From contig JAZDJR010000014.1 of the NCBI GenBank assembly GCA_043803815.1, positions 32,001-96,000 on the forward strand: DNA of 64,000 nt, written 5' to 3'. The stretch comes from Candidatus Micrarchaeota archaeon. GTDB taxonomy: Archaea > Iainarchaeota > Iainarchaeia > Iainarchaeales > JAGVWC01. Below the pieces are notes generated by a model that worked only from the letters and a program-made list of their open reading frames with translations, was not told the DNA's origin and did no database searches. The translations under genes were made by a program, and so were the position numbers. Shown piece after piece: positions 18,265 to 27,150 of the stretch (its first letter is position 1; the number at the start of each line of letters is the position of its first letter).

Positions 18265-19527
18265 TTAACCCATCATTTCAAGCAGTTTGGAAAGGCCGAC
18301 CAAGGAATTGGGCAAGTCAAATTGCCCTTTTTTTTGCAAGTCCTTGACCGTTACGGTTCCTTTTTTTTCCTCGTTTTCGCCGATAATCGCGAGAAAACGG
18401 ATTCCTTTTTTTTGGCAGTACTCCGAATTTTTGGACACGTTTCGAGACAATAAGTCAAACTCCGCATTAATTCCTGCTTGCCGGAAAGCGTCGGCCGCTT
18501 TTAACGCCAAAGCGGATTGTTTTTCCGTAAACGCCATGACCAGCACCCGGGATTTGGGTGGAACTTTTTTGTTTTGTTTTTCCAAAACATCGAGCAGGCG
18601 GTCAACGCCAAACGAAATTCCGGTTGCCGGCGTTGCTTGTCCGCCGTACAATTCCACGAGCTTGTCATAGCGCCCGCCGCCGCCGACACTCGGCCCCTGC
18701 TTGGTCTTGATTTCAAAAACAAATCCGGTATAATACTCCAGTCCGCGGGCCAATGACAAGTCCAGTTTTACCGCTTCGGTCAGATTGTTTTGCTTGACCA
18801 GTTCCAAAAGCTTTTCCATTTCTTCCATCGGCTTTTTGTTTTTCAAAACCGCCTTGATTTTTTTCAAATCCTTTTCCTTTAGCACTCCAAGGATTTTTTT
18901 GCCGATTCCGCATTGCTTTAATTCTTCCTCGACCTCTTTTTCCCCGATTTTGTCAAGCTTGTCGATAGAGCGAAAACAATCCGCAATTTTTTCCTTGGGA
19001 ACCCCGCAGGAAAATGCGAGTTCTTCCAAAAGCGGGCGAGAATTCAACACCACCCAATAATCGATTTGCAATTCCTGCATGACCTTGCATCCGATTTGCA
19101 GGCATTCAAAATCCGCCAAAATTCCGGCTGCACCTATAATGTCCACGTCGCATTGCGTGAACTCGCGGTAACGCCCAGCCTGCGGCCGGTCATAGCGGTA
19201 CACGGTTCCGATTTGGTAACGCTTAAACGGCTTGGGCAAAGTGGAATTTGAGGCAATTACCCTGCCCAAAGGAACGGTTAAGTCAAACCGCAATCCGAGT
19301 TCGCGGTCGCTTTTGTCCTTGAAATAATAAATCTCGTTTTTGATGGCTTCTCCGCCAGAACCTTTTTTTGCCAGCAACCCGAAATCTTCCACTATCGGCG
19401 TCTGCAAGGGCTCAAAGCCAAAACTTTCAAACACGTTTCTGCAGGTGTCTTCAATGGACTGCTTGACGCGCATCTGGTCAGGCAAAAAATCGCGCATTCC
19501 CCGAACCGTCTGAAATTTTTCCGTCAT
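18265..19527 (-). CDS. hisS: Histidyl-tRNA synthetase
   Basis: RGMRDFLP, LRFDLTVP, GRYREFTQCD, RGLEYYTG and GGGRYD. Confidence 0.97.
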   Translation of the reverse strand: MTEKFQTVRGMRDFLPDQMRVKQSIEDTCRNVFESFGFEPLQTPIVEDFGLLAKKGSGGEAIKNEIYYFKDKSDRELGLRFDLTVPLGRVIASNSTLPKPFKRYQIGTVYRYDRPQAGRYREFTQCDVDIIGAAGILADFECLQIGCKVMQELQIDYWVVLNSRPLLEELAFSCGVPKEKIADCFRSIDKLDKIGEKEVEEELKQCGIGKKILGVLKEKDLKKIKAVLKNKKPMEEMEKLLELVKQNNLTEAVKLDLSLARGLEYYTGFVFEIKTKQGPSVGGGGRYDKLVELYGGQATPATGISFGVDRLLDVLEKQNKKVPPKSRVLVMAFTEKQSALALKAADAFRQAGINAEFDLLSRNVSKNSEYCQKKGIRFLAIIGENEEKKGTVTVKDLQKKGQFDLPNSLVGLSKLLEMMG

Positions 19528-19529
19528 TT

Positions 19530-20030
19530 TTATCTTCCTCGCCCCGTTCGCCTTTGTTGTATTTGTGTTAATAGAATGGTTTTCAATCTTGACAGTGCAG
19601 GATCACTAAAATTGTATTTTTGTTGCAAGTTCAAAAGACCCATCGGCAATGTTTCCGGCCTTTCCACCATTTTTTGAAAAACCGGCAATGATTGGATTCC
19701 TTTTTCGGCAACCATTGCAACGTGCTGGGGGTTGCCGCGCGATTGGCCTTCTGCCAGTTCGCTAACCAGAATCCTGGCAAATCCATCGTCTGGGCATTGC
19801 TCTTTTAATTTGGAAACCAAAGCGCCGAGATTTTTTGGAGTAATAAATTCCCTTTTGATTGCTTCCCCAAAAACTCCCTGTTGGGTGGGGGAAAGCCGCG
19901 GAAACTTATTTCTTAATTGGTCGGAAAGAATGCTCTGTTCGGTTTGTCTTGGGTTTCCTCTTTGCGTTTGTCTTGGCATAATCCGACTCCGGCTACTAGA
20001 ACCACGTCCTGCCTGAGAATATCTTACCAT
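19530..20030 (-). CDS. Hypothetical basic protein
   Basis: ATG 20030 with GGTGA upstream; abuts hisS. The longer ORF call overlaps repeats and tRNA-His. Confidence 0.6.
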   Translation of the reverse strand: MVRYSQAGRGSSSRSRIMPRQTQRGNPRQTEQSILSDQLRNKFPRLSPTQQGVFGEAIKREFITPKNLGALVSKLKEQCPDDGFARILVSELAEGQSRGNPQHVAMVAEKGIQSLPVFQKMVERPETLPMGLLNLQQKYNFSDPALSRLKTILLTQIQQRRTGRGR

Positions 20031-20123
20031 TAAATAATCACCCGCCTTTGAAAAAGCAAAGTTCGATTTTCTTTTCTTTCTTTTGAATAAAGCCGATTTT
20101 CTTTTCTTTTCGCACCTTGCGCG

Positions 20124-20160
20124 TTTTTCCCAGGTTTTTTTGCATAAGCAAAAAAAGCTG
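20124..20160 (-). repeat. Family I palindromic repeat 3 nt from the tRNA-His 3' end
   Basis: Reverse complement CAGC-TTTTTTTGC-TTAT-GCAAAAAAA-CCTGGGAAAAA. Confidence 0.75.
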
Positions 20161-20163
20161 TAG

Positions 20164-20238
20164 GGCGGCAACCGAGATTTGAACTCGGGTTCCAAGCGCC
20201 ACAGGCTTGTGTCCTAACCAGGCTGGACGATTGCCGCC
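20164..20238 (-). tRNA. tRNA-His(GUG) with encoded G-1
   Basis: G-GCGGCAA/TTGCCGC-C acceptor; CAAGC-CT-GTG-GC-GCTTG. Confidence 0.95.
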
Positions 20239-20241
20239 GCA

Positions 20242-20419
20242 CGATTGCGTACGTGCGCTCCGCGCACTTTGTGGTCGCAAGCGACCACAAGAGAGCTGCA
20301 TAGTCTTTTTTCCCCATGCTTTTTGGCTGTGGCCAAAAAGGCTGCTCGGGCGATTGCCGCCACAGCGCCCTTTCGATGGCGCGTGCCGAGATACGTGTCC
20401 CATTTGCAATGGGACGGTA
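20242..20419. repeat. Composite hairpin cluster 5' of tRNA-His (family I at 20305-20346, family III at 20351-20419)
   Basis: Hairpins GTGCG-CTCCG-CGCAC, TTGTGGTCGC-AA-GCGACCACAA, CTTTTTGGC-TGTG-GCCAAAAAG and GTCCCAT-TTGCA-ATGGGAC. Confidence 0.7.
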
Positions 20420-20716
20420 GTATGCTTTTATGGAAATGCTCGCTTTGCTCAAATCCCCGATAATATACGGCTGACTCGGCGAAACGTAAAAGTAGGTTTT
20501 TGGCATTGTGACCGTCTGATAAGTGATAATTGAGTTAAAAATAGTGTCATCAGTTTCGATAATGAAGTCGATCACTTATCATAGACAATCAAACTAATTA
20601 CTGTGAACGAGTGTTTTAAAAGGTTTGGATAGTCCTTAACCAGTTGCTTTTTCCCAAGGGTCGTTTTTTTGGGTGAAAACGGCTTTTTAAGCTTTATTTA
20701 GGGGTTTTTTGGTAAT

Positions 20717-21631
20717 ATGGATAAAAAATTGCGGCAAAATTACGAAAAAGCGGGCGCTATTCACCAAAGCGCGGTCGCGTTTGCCCAGAAAAAACTCAAG
20801 CCCGAAACCCCGCTGCTTGGATTGGCCGTTGAAATCGAGGATTTTATTTTTGGCCGGTTAAAAGAGGAAAAACTCGACGGCGGCCTCGCGTTTCCCTTGA
20901 ATCTATCCTTAAACAATGTTGCCGCGCATTTTACCCCCGGAACTGGCGACAAAACCGTTTTGGGAAAAGACGACGTTTTAAAAGTGGACATCGGCGTTCA
21001 CGTGAAAGGCTGCATTGCCGACGGAGCGTTTACATTCAATTATTCCAATAAGCACGAAAAACAAATCGAGCTGAACAATTCGATTTTGCAGTCCGGCTTG
21101 GATTCAATCAAAGTCGGTTCCCCGATTTCGGTTGTCGGAAACGCGATTGGAAAAATAATGGAAAAAACGGATTTCAAAACCATTGAAAACCTGACCGGAC
21201 ACGGCCTAGGCGTATACCTCCAGCACGACGAACCCCAGATTCCAAATCAGCCCAACAACCTGAAAACCAAAATCACGGACGGAATGGCATTAGCCATCGA
21301 GCCGTTTGTCACAACCGGCCGCGGATTCGTTGCCGAGGCAAGCCAGGTTGAAATATTTTCCATTGAAGAGCCAAAGCCGGTCCGCGACATGAACGCGCGA
21401 AAACTATTGGATGTCATCGGAAAGCACTGGCCTTCCCTTCCCTTTGCGGAACGCCAATTGGCCAAAGAAACCGAGTTAAGCGAATTTGCGCGAAAAGTCG
21501 GCTTGCGCGAATTATCCCGCAACAAGATTTTGCACGCTTACCCCGTTTTGCAGGAGCAAAAAGACGCGATTGTCACGCAAAGCGAAAAAACCGTCCTAAT
21601 CGACGGCGACGAAGTCAAAATCATCAACTGA
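20717..21631 (+). CDS. map: Methionine aminopeptidase type II
   Basis: AAHFTP, KVDIGVHV.G.IADGA, NLTGHGL and AIEPF motifs, plus the type II helical insert. Confidence 0.95.
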   Translation: MDKKLRQNYEKAGAIHQSAVAFAQKKLKPETPLLGLAVEIEDFIFGRLKEEKLDGGLAFPLNLSLNNVAAHFTPGTGDKTVLGKDDVLKVDIGVHVKGCIADGAFTFNYSNKHEKQIELNNSILQSGLDSIKVGSPISVVGNAIGKIMEKTDFKTIENLTGHGLGVYLQHDEPQIPNQPNNLKTKITDGMALAIEPFVTTGRGFVAEASQVEIFSIEEPKPVRDMNARKLLDVIGKHWPSLPFAERQLAKETELSEFARKVGLRELSRNKILHAYPVLQEQKDAIVTQSEKTVLIDGDEVKIIN

Positions 21632-21736
21632 ACGGTTTGAAAGGAAAAAATTTCCATCCTTAAAATAACCACATTTATTTAAAACAAAAGCAAAAGAAGT
21701 GTATAGTTAACCAATCAGAACAGCCAAACAAAAGCT

Positions 21737-21892
21737 GGTCCCGTAGTATAGCCTGGATAGTATACAAGCTTGCGGTAACCTTTTAGGAAAAGGTTAGCGA
21801 AAAAAATACGTCGTCCTGTTTTCAACAGGACAGCGGTATGTTCGCAAAGTTGCAATGAGCTTGGGACCTGGGTTCGAATCCCAGCGGGATCG
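21737..21892 (+). tRNA. tRNA-Arg(GCG) with 82-nt intron (21776-21857)
   Basis: GGTCCCG/CGGGATC-G acceptor, CAAGC-TT-GCG-G|intron|A-GCTTG. Strict BHB with TTGC/GCAA and AAC/GTT helices. Confidence 0.95.
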
Positions 21893-21955
21893 CACACTTT
21901 TTCCCCGGGCTTTTTTAATAAAAAAGGCCGGGATTGGAATCCCAGCGGGATCGCA
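21876..21955 (+). mobile_element. 19-bp duplication of the tRNA-Arg 3' end enclosing a family I palindrome
   Basis: GAATCCCAGCGGGATCGCA at 21876-21894 and 21937-21955. The spacer reverse complement contains CCGGCC-TTTTTT-ATT-AAAAAA-GCCCGGGGAAAAAG. Confidence 0.75.
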
Positions 21956-21972
21956 AAATTTTTGGTGAAAAA

Positions 21973-22308
21973 GTGGACGCCATTTCATGGAATGATTTTG
22001 AAAAGGTCGGCCTTTGCGTGGGCACAATCATTAAAGTGGAAACTTTTCCGGAAGCCAAAAAACCCGCGTACAAGATTTGGGTTGATTTTGGAGAATACGG
22101 AGTCAAAAAATCCAGCGCTCAAATTACTCATTGGTACACGAAAGAAGAACTGGTTGGAAAGCAAATTATCGGCGTAATTAATTTTCCCGTCAAGCAAATT
22201 GCCAATTTTGCGTCCGAGTTTTTGACCGCTGGGTTTGTACGGCCCGACGGAAAAGTTGTTCTGGCAGTTCCGGAAAAAGAAGTTCCCAACGGTTCTAAGC
22301 TTGCTTAA
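21973..22308 (+). CDS. csaA: CsaA / Trbp111-like tRNA-binding chaperone
   Basis: [15 protein letters not shown]...[23 protein letters not shown]...[17 protein letters not shown]; GTG start after GGTGA. Confidence 0.9.
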   Translation: MDAISWNDFEKVGLCVGTIIKVETFPEAKKPAYKIWVDFGEYGVKKSSAQITHWYTKEELVGKQIIGVINFPVKQIANFASEFLTAGFVRPDGKVVLAVPEKEVPNGSKLA

Positions 22309-22387
22309 AAAATCGAATAATCCAGCGAAAATTCTTTTATCGGTCTATTTTTTGTTGGACTCCGCAAAACTAAATAAAAAAAGCTTT

Positions 22388-22472
22388 TGCAGGAGGGCGG
22401 ATTCGAACCGCCGAAAGGCACTAAGCCGGTAGCCCCTGGAGCTACTGGAATTGACCGCTATCCGACTCCTGC
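22388..22472 (-). tRNA. tRNA-Leu(CAG)
   Basis: GCAGGAG/CTCCTGC-A acceptor, long variable arm, GTAGC-TC-CAG-GG-GCTAC (C at position 33). Confidence 0.9.
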
Positions 22473-22528
22473 GGTATGTGAAATACCGGCCAAAAACCCT
22501 TAAATACCGCATATTCCTTTGAATTAGC

Positions 22529-23683
22529 ATGGAAGCCCAAAACCAAAAAGCGCCGATATTCGGTTTTTTGGCGTTTTTGTTCTCTTTTTTGGCGGCGTTT
22601 TTGTTTTTCAATGTCGGCTTGTCCACCAACGATTTTTTTTCCTTCAGTTTTTCCGGCAAAATCGCCAAAATCCTTTCGGTTAATTTTGCCTTGTTTTTAT
22701 TGTCGGTTCCCTTGCTGGGCGTTTTGGCCAGCGCGGCAAGTTTTTGGATTGAAAAAAAAATCGCGTGGCTTTCTTTGGGAATCGGAAGCGCCGTCGGATT
22801 GGGATTGTCAGTCGTTGTTTTTCCGAGTTTGGCGGATTTTTTTTGGGTCGGGGTTTTTTTCGTAATCGGCGTTTTGGTTTCAATCCAGCAAGTGTACATG
22901 AAAAAAGACGAGTTAAAGCACTGGATAACGTTTCGCCTGGCCAAAATAGGAGTGCAACGGCATTTGGCTTTGGTTGCCGTCGGCTTAATCCTGTTTTCCG
23001 CGGCGACCATTTTGCCGCAAAAAAGCATGTTTGCCGAAAAGTTTGAAAACGATTTGGCGGATACCATTTTTTCGGGCAATTCGACCGGAAACCTCAAAAC
23101 CCAGCTGTCCGATTCGCTTGCGGAAACGTCCGTTCAAAGCCAGCGCCAATTGCTCAACCAGCTTGTTTTGCTTCCGCAGTACACCGCGCTTCGCGATGAC
23201 ATGCAAAACACCAAAACCCAGGCGTTTGTTTCCGTCATGGGGCAATTGCAGTCCACAGTGAATTCGGATTCCTACAAAAAAACAATTCAGGACCAAATCG
23301 AACAGCAAACCGCAGGCGTCACCGTGAATCCTGCCGAAGTATTCAACAAAGTCAAGGAAAACTTTCCGCTGTTTACGGCTTTCGGGGAATGGCTATGGCT
23401 CATTTTCGGCGTCGGCTTGGCCAGCATGTTCTTGTTTTTTTCCTCGTTTATTTTAGCTCCATTGGGAATGGTTTACGGTTTTTTGCTGAACAAAATTTTT
23501 AAAACCGCGTGGAAACCGCAGGCCGTTTCGGCTTCTCCGCAAGCGGTTTTTGCGGCGCCCCTTGCGGCTCCCGAAACCCCAAAGCCCGTTTCGCCAGCTT
23601 ATTCGTCGTCGATTTCACCGGACGAAATGCAAAAACTAAAAGACGAACTCAAAAAACAGCTGGAACAAAGCCGGCCGATTTGA
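22529..23683 (+). CDS. Multi-pass membrane hypothetical protein
   Basis: About six TM helices and a large polar loop. Confidence 0.75.
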   Translation: MEAQNQKAPIFGFLAFLFSFLAAFLFFNVGLSTNDFFSFSFSGKIAKILSVNFALFLLSVPLLGVLASAASFWIEKKIAWLSLGIGSAVGLGLSVVVFPSLADFFWVGVFFVIGVLVSIQQVYMKKDELKHWITFRLAKIGVQRHLALVAVGLILFSAATILPQKSMFAEKFENDLADTIFSGNSTGNLKTQLSDSLAETSVQSQRQLLNQLVLLPQYTALRDDMQNTKTQAFVSVMGQLQSTVNSDSYKKTIQDQIEQQTAGVTVNPAEVFNKVKENFPLFTAFGEWLWLIFGVGLASMFLFFSSFILAPLGMVYGFLLNKIFKTAWKPQAVSASPQAVFAAPLAAPETPKPVSPAYSSSISPDEMQKLKDELKKQLEQSRPI

Positions 23684-23688
23684 GTTTT

Positions 23689-24282
23689 TCAGATTAAACC
23701 CAGTACGCAGCAAAGCTGGTCAATGCAATCCTCTGCTTGCGCATAAACCGATTCGTTGGGCAGGCAGCTATTCCGGCAAAACCCGCCGTTAGAAGAACAA
23801 TACGCCGGGTCGCAGGCACCGCAATCGTCCGGGCAATTCGCGCAGGTTTCGGGATTTTCGCAGAGCTCGTTTCCGCAAAACGAACTCGTGGAGTTTGAAT
23901 CGCCGTTGAAATCCGAGCCTGTTAAAGAATCGTCATTTTCGGAAGAATCCGGAACGGAAGAGCCGTTCGCCATTCCTGCTAAACCGTCTCTTCCCGAATC
24001 TCCGGCAATGCCGTTTTGGTTTTCGGTATTTTGATTGGGCGCGGGGTTTGCCGGATTGGAATTTGGGTTGGTGCCTGAATCCGCCGCATCGGCTAAATCC
24101 GTATCGGATTGGCCGGCATCCTGATTGGAAGAACCCTTATCCTGATTGACATTGAAAAACGATTTTGGGGAATTTGGATTTCCCATAATCAAAAAAACTC
24201 CCGCAGTCAAAAAAACGGCAATTAAAACAACCATTGCCAAAAAAGGAACCGAAAAAATGCGCTTTTTGATTTCAGGGTCCAT
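23689..24282 (-). CDS. Membrane-anchored protein with Cys-rich C-terminus
   Basis: N-terminal TM helix, Asn/Ser/Asp linker and CGNELCENPETCANCPDDC motif. Confidence 0.8.
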   Translation of the reverse strand: MDPEIKKRIFSVPFLAMVVLIAVFLTAGVFLIMGNPNSPKSFFNVNQDKGSSNQDAGQSDTDLADAADSGTNPNSNPANPAPNQNTENQNGIAGDSGRDGLAGMANGSSVPDSSENDDSLTGSDFNGDSNSTSSFCGNELCENPETCANCPDDCGACDPAYCSSNGGFCRNSCLPNESVYAQAEDCIDQLCCVLGLI

Positions 24283-24329
24283 GCAACCAAAACGAAAACG
24301 GTTTATTTAACGGTTTGCCCAAAACCGCT

Positions 24330-24590
24330 TTATTCGACCAATTTGAAACGCGGAGTATCTTTTATGGGCATTTCCAGCCAGCTGTCCAAATCCCGCACAA
24401 AAAGAACGTCGGGATTGGCGATGTCATGGTAAATAACGCACACCTTATCGGTCGCTTCCTGGGTTCCTAATGCAACGACTTTGACCAAATGTTTCGGGTT
24501 TTTGTAATGGGAATAAGTCCCGCCGACTTTTACCCGTTTTTTGGCGGCAACCAATTCCTTTTCAATTGCCGAATAGCTTTTGTGCGCCAT
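24330..24590 (-). CDS. DUF1653-domain protein
   Basis: GGTYSHYKN...VIY...LFVRDLDSWLE...PRF. Confidence 0.8.
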   Translation of the reverse strand: MAHKSYSAIEKELVAAKKRVKVGGTYSHYKNPKHLVKVVALGTQEATDKVCVIYHDIANPDVLFVRDLDSWLEMPIKDTPRFKLVE

Positions 24591-24652
24591 AGGTTTTCCA
24601 TCTATACCCCTAACAGAACAATAAAAATCCATTAGGCGGATTCGGTTTTTTT

Positions 24653-27097
24653 TTATTGGAATGCCCCAAGCCCGGTTTGTTTTCCCCCGTGAATCAGGTC
24701 TTCTTTTTTCACTCCAAGTTCGCTTAAGATTTTGATGACCGCGGGAATTACCTGGTTTTCGATGTAATAGTCCGCGTCGTAGTTTCCTTCACTGACGAAT
24801 TCTTCCAGGTTGGCTTTGTCGGAAATCGTTTTTCCGTTTTTGGTGATGATATAGCCTAAGACCGAGCCGACTTCGATTTGTTTTCCTTTTTCCATTGCGC
24901 GCTTGGCGGCTTCAATGTGCGGCTCTTTGGCGTCGTACTGGTCCACGGGTTTTACCAGCTGCGTCAGCACGACCAGTTCTTTTTTCGGGACTTTGCCGGA
25001 TTTGAGCTCTAAAATGGCCTGCTTGGCAATGGCAATGGCTTTGTCGGAATTTCCGTCTTTGAGCAATGCCTCGATGACTTTTTTTTGGGTTTGCTTGGCA
25101 ATGTTGCTCCAGTCGCGGCGGACATATTCAAACCCCACGATTTTGAGGTTATCCTTGTAATCCATCAAGGCATAGCGTTTTTTGGCGGCCTGGCCTTCTT
25201 TTTTCGCGACAAAAATTGCTCGCTTGTAAAAACCCTCTAGTTCCAATTCCATCGATTCCGGCAATTCGGAATTAATTTTTTTAACAAAATTTTTTACATC
25301 CTCTTGGGTTTTGGAAGAGGAAACTTTGATGAAGCATCCGTCGGTGTCCCCGTATAAAACCGCGAATCCGCTGCTTTCCGCCTTGTGCATGACTTCGCGG
25401 ATATAATGCCTGCTCCAGGACGTAATCGCGCGGGCGCATTCGCGCGAATACCAGCGAAAGCGCGCAAAGCCAAGGGTTCCGTAAAACGAATTCAGAATGA
25501 TTTTTAAGGCCCATTGGCGGGCAAACACCATCGGGTATTCGGAGTCTTTTTTGTCGAGTAATTGCGAGCGTTTTTTGTATTCCGAGCGCTTTTTGAGCAG
25601 GTCCGAAACGATTGAAACGATAAATCCGGATTTTTTTTCGCAGAACCAGTCCTGGTCGGGAGAAACGTTTTTTCCTTTGGCACAAGACTCGTGGTCGCAC
25701 TTTAGGGTGTCGGGCGAGATGTTGTGCGCGATAATGATGCTTGGGTGAAGGGAGCGAAAGTCGAGCACCGCGATGTTCTCGTGCAATCCCGCAATGGGCT
25801 CTTTGACAAAGCCGCCGATGTACGTGGACAGCATGCGCTGCTTGACAACGGTTTCGGACGGCTTGTTTGGGGAAAGCGTCTGGGTTTCGCTTGATTTGAT
25901 AAACAGCAATTGCTCGACCAATTGGGACGCGCTCGTGCGCGACAAGTCAAACAGGTTAAAGCGCACCAAACGGCAAAACTCGACCATTAGCGGCCAGTAT
26001 TGTTCCACGATTTTTAAGGTGTACGCGGAGTCTTCCAGGTTATAGGTGAACAGTTCGTCAAGCCCTTTTTCCGAGTCCCAGATTTGGTTGATTTCGTGGG
26101 CTTTTATTTTTGTTTTATCGGCTTTGAACAGGGCATTGGCAACGGATTCCAGGTCAAACTTGACCAGGCTGACTACTCCAAGGCGCGAAAGCAAAAGCAA
26201 TAACTGATAGGCGTCCACGTGCTGGATTCCTTTTAACCGCACCGCGTTGTCCGTTCCTTTGCGCTTGGTAATCGGTTCGGAATTTTCAAACCCCATGGGA
26301 GAACGGATATTGTAGTATTTGGCGCGCTTGGTCAGGTAGGGAAAATCGAACGAGTCGCCGTTATACGTGACAATGATGTCCAAATCCAGTTTTGAAAGCG
26401 CTTCAAAAAAACCCAAAATCATTTCTTTTTCATTTTCAAATATGCGCGCATTTTTGTTTTTTTTCCACTGGGCTTTGGTAGAAAACACAAGGGTTTCTTT
26501 TTGCGAAACCAAACTAATCATCAAAATAGGGTCTTTTTCAGGCTGGGAAAATCGCCCCGGAGAATACGTTTCAAGGTCAAAGGAAGCCATGGAAAGCGTC
26601 GGCATTTCCTGAATTTTGGACTGAAAAATTTTTTGAATCCATTTTGTTTTTTCTTTTCTTTTTTCCTCGTATTCGATTTCAACCGCGCTGGTCGGCGACA
26701 ATCCGCGGTCAATCAGGTAACGCTTGAAAAACGGAATGTCGTACTCGGCGGTTTTGAGTTCGTTCCAGTTGTGCAGTTCATTTCGCGTTTCCACTAATTC
26801 GCCGGTGTTTTTGAATTCCAATCGCAAGGCGTTTTCCGCGTTGGTTTTTTTTTCTTTTGAAATTGACTGGATGCGGACCCTTGTTTCTCCGAAGGTTGCG
26901 TTTTTGAGTTTTTCAACCAGTTTTTCAGGGTCTATTTTTTCGGTTTGCACGGGAACAACGTAAAAATACGGGGCAAAATCGGGAACCAAAAACCGTTCCA
27001 ATCCGTTTTTGGTGCGGACAAACAATTCGATTCGCGAAACATTGTCCGAACCCGTTACGTAATCCGCGTCCAGTAATACTCCGGTTGTTTTGGGCAT
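24653..27097 (-). CDS. polB: Family B DNA polymerase
   Basis: ExoI DLET, ExoII YNGDSFDFPY, ExoIII YNLED; motif A DFRSLHPS, motif B KIILNSFYG, motif C YGDTDG. No intein. Confidence 0.96.
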   Translation of the reverse strand: MPKTTGVLLDADYVTGSDNVSRIELFVRTKNGLERFLVPDFAPYFYVVPVQTEKIDPEKLVEKLKNATFGETRVRIQSISKEKKTNAENALRLEFKNTGELVETRNELHNWNELKTAEYDIPFFKRYLIDRGLSPTSAVEIEYEEKRKEKTKWIQKIFQSKIQEMPTLSMASFDLETYSPGRFSQPEKDPILMISLVSQKETLVFSTKAQWKKNKNARIFENEKEMILGFFEALSKLDLDIIVTYNGDSFDFPYLTKRAKYYNIRSPMGFENSEPITKRKGTDNAVRLKGIQHVDAYQLLLLLSRLGVVSLVKFDLESVANALFKADKTKIKAHEINQIWDSEKGLDELFTYNLEDSAYTLKIVEQYWPLMVEFCRLVRFNLFDLSRTSASQLVEQLLFIKSSETQTLSPNKPSETVVKQRMLSTYIGGFVKEPIAGLHENIAVLDFRSLHPSIIIAHNISPDTLKCDHESCAKGKNVSPDQDWFCEKKSGFIVSIVSDLLKKRSEYKKRSQLLDKKDSEYPMVFARQWALKIILNSFYGTLGFARFRWYSRECARAITSWSRHYIREVMHKAESSGFAVLYGDTDGCFIKVSSSKTQEDVKNFVKKINSELPESMELELEGFYKRAIFVAKKEGQAAKKRYALMDYKDNLKIVGFEYVRRDWSNIAKQTQKKVIEALLKDGNSDKAIAIAKQAILELKSGKVPKKELVVLTQLVKPVDQYDAKEPHIEAAKRAMEKGKQIEVGSVLGYIITKNGKTISDKANLEEFVSEGNYDADYYIENQVIPAVIKILSELGVKKEDLIHGGKQTGLGAFQ

Positions 27098-27150
27098 AAA
27101 TGCTCTTTTTGTAATAAGGCAAGATTCCTTATTTAAGGGCAATAGGGCTC

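Noticed and set aside
20030-20575. ORFs spanning tRNA-His and its hairpin cluster
   Set aside because: They overlap a tRNA and palindromic repeats and have no protein-like features.
9752-21857. Long tRNA introns as group I or group II introns
   Set aside because: They are too short, show no P/Q/R/S or domain V cores, and all sit at 37/38 with BHB motifs.
22388-22472. Reading the CTCCA in the loop as tRNA-Trp(CCA)
   Set aside because: The stem pairs only as GTAGC/GCTAC, which centres CAG; the long variable arm and A73 indicate Leu.
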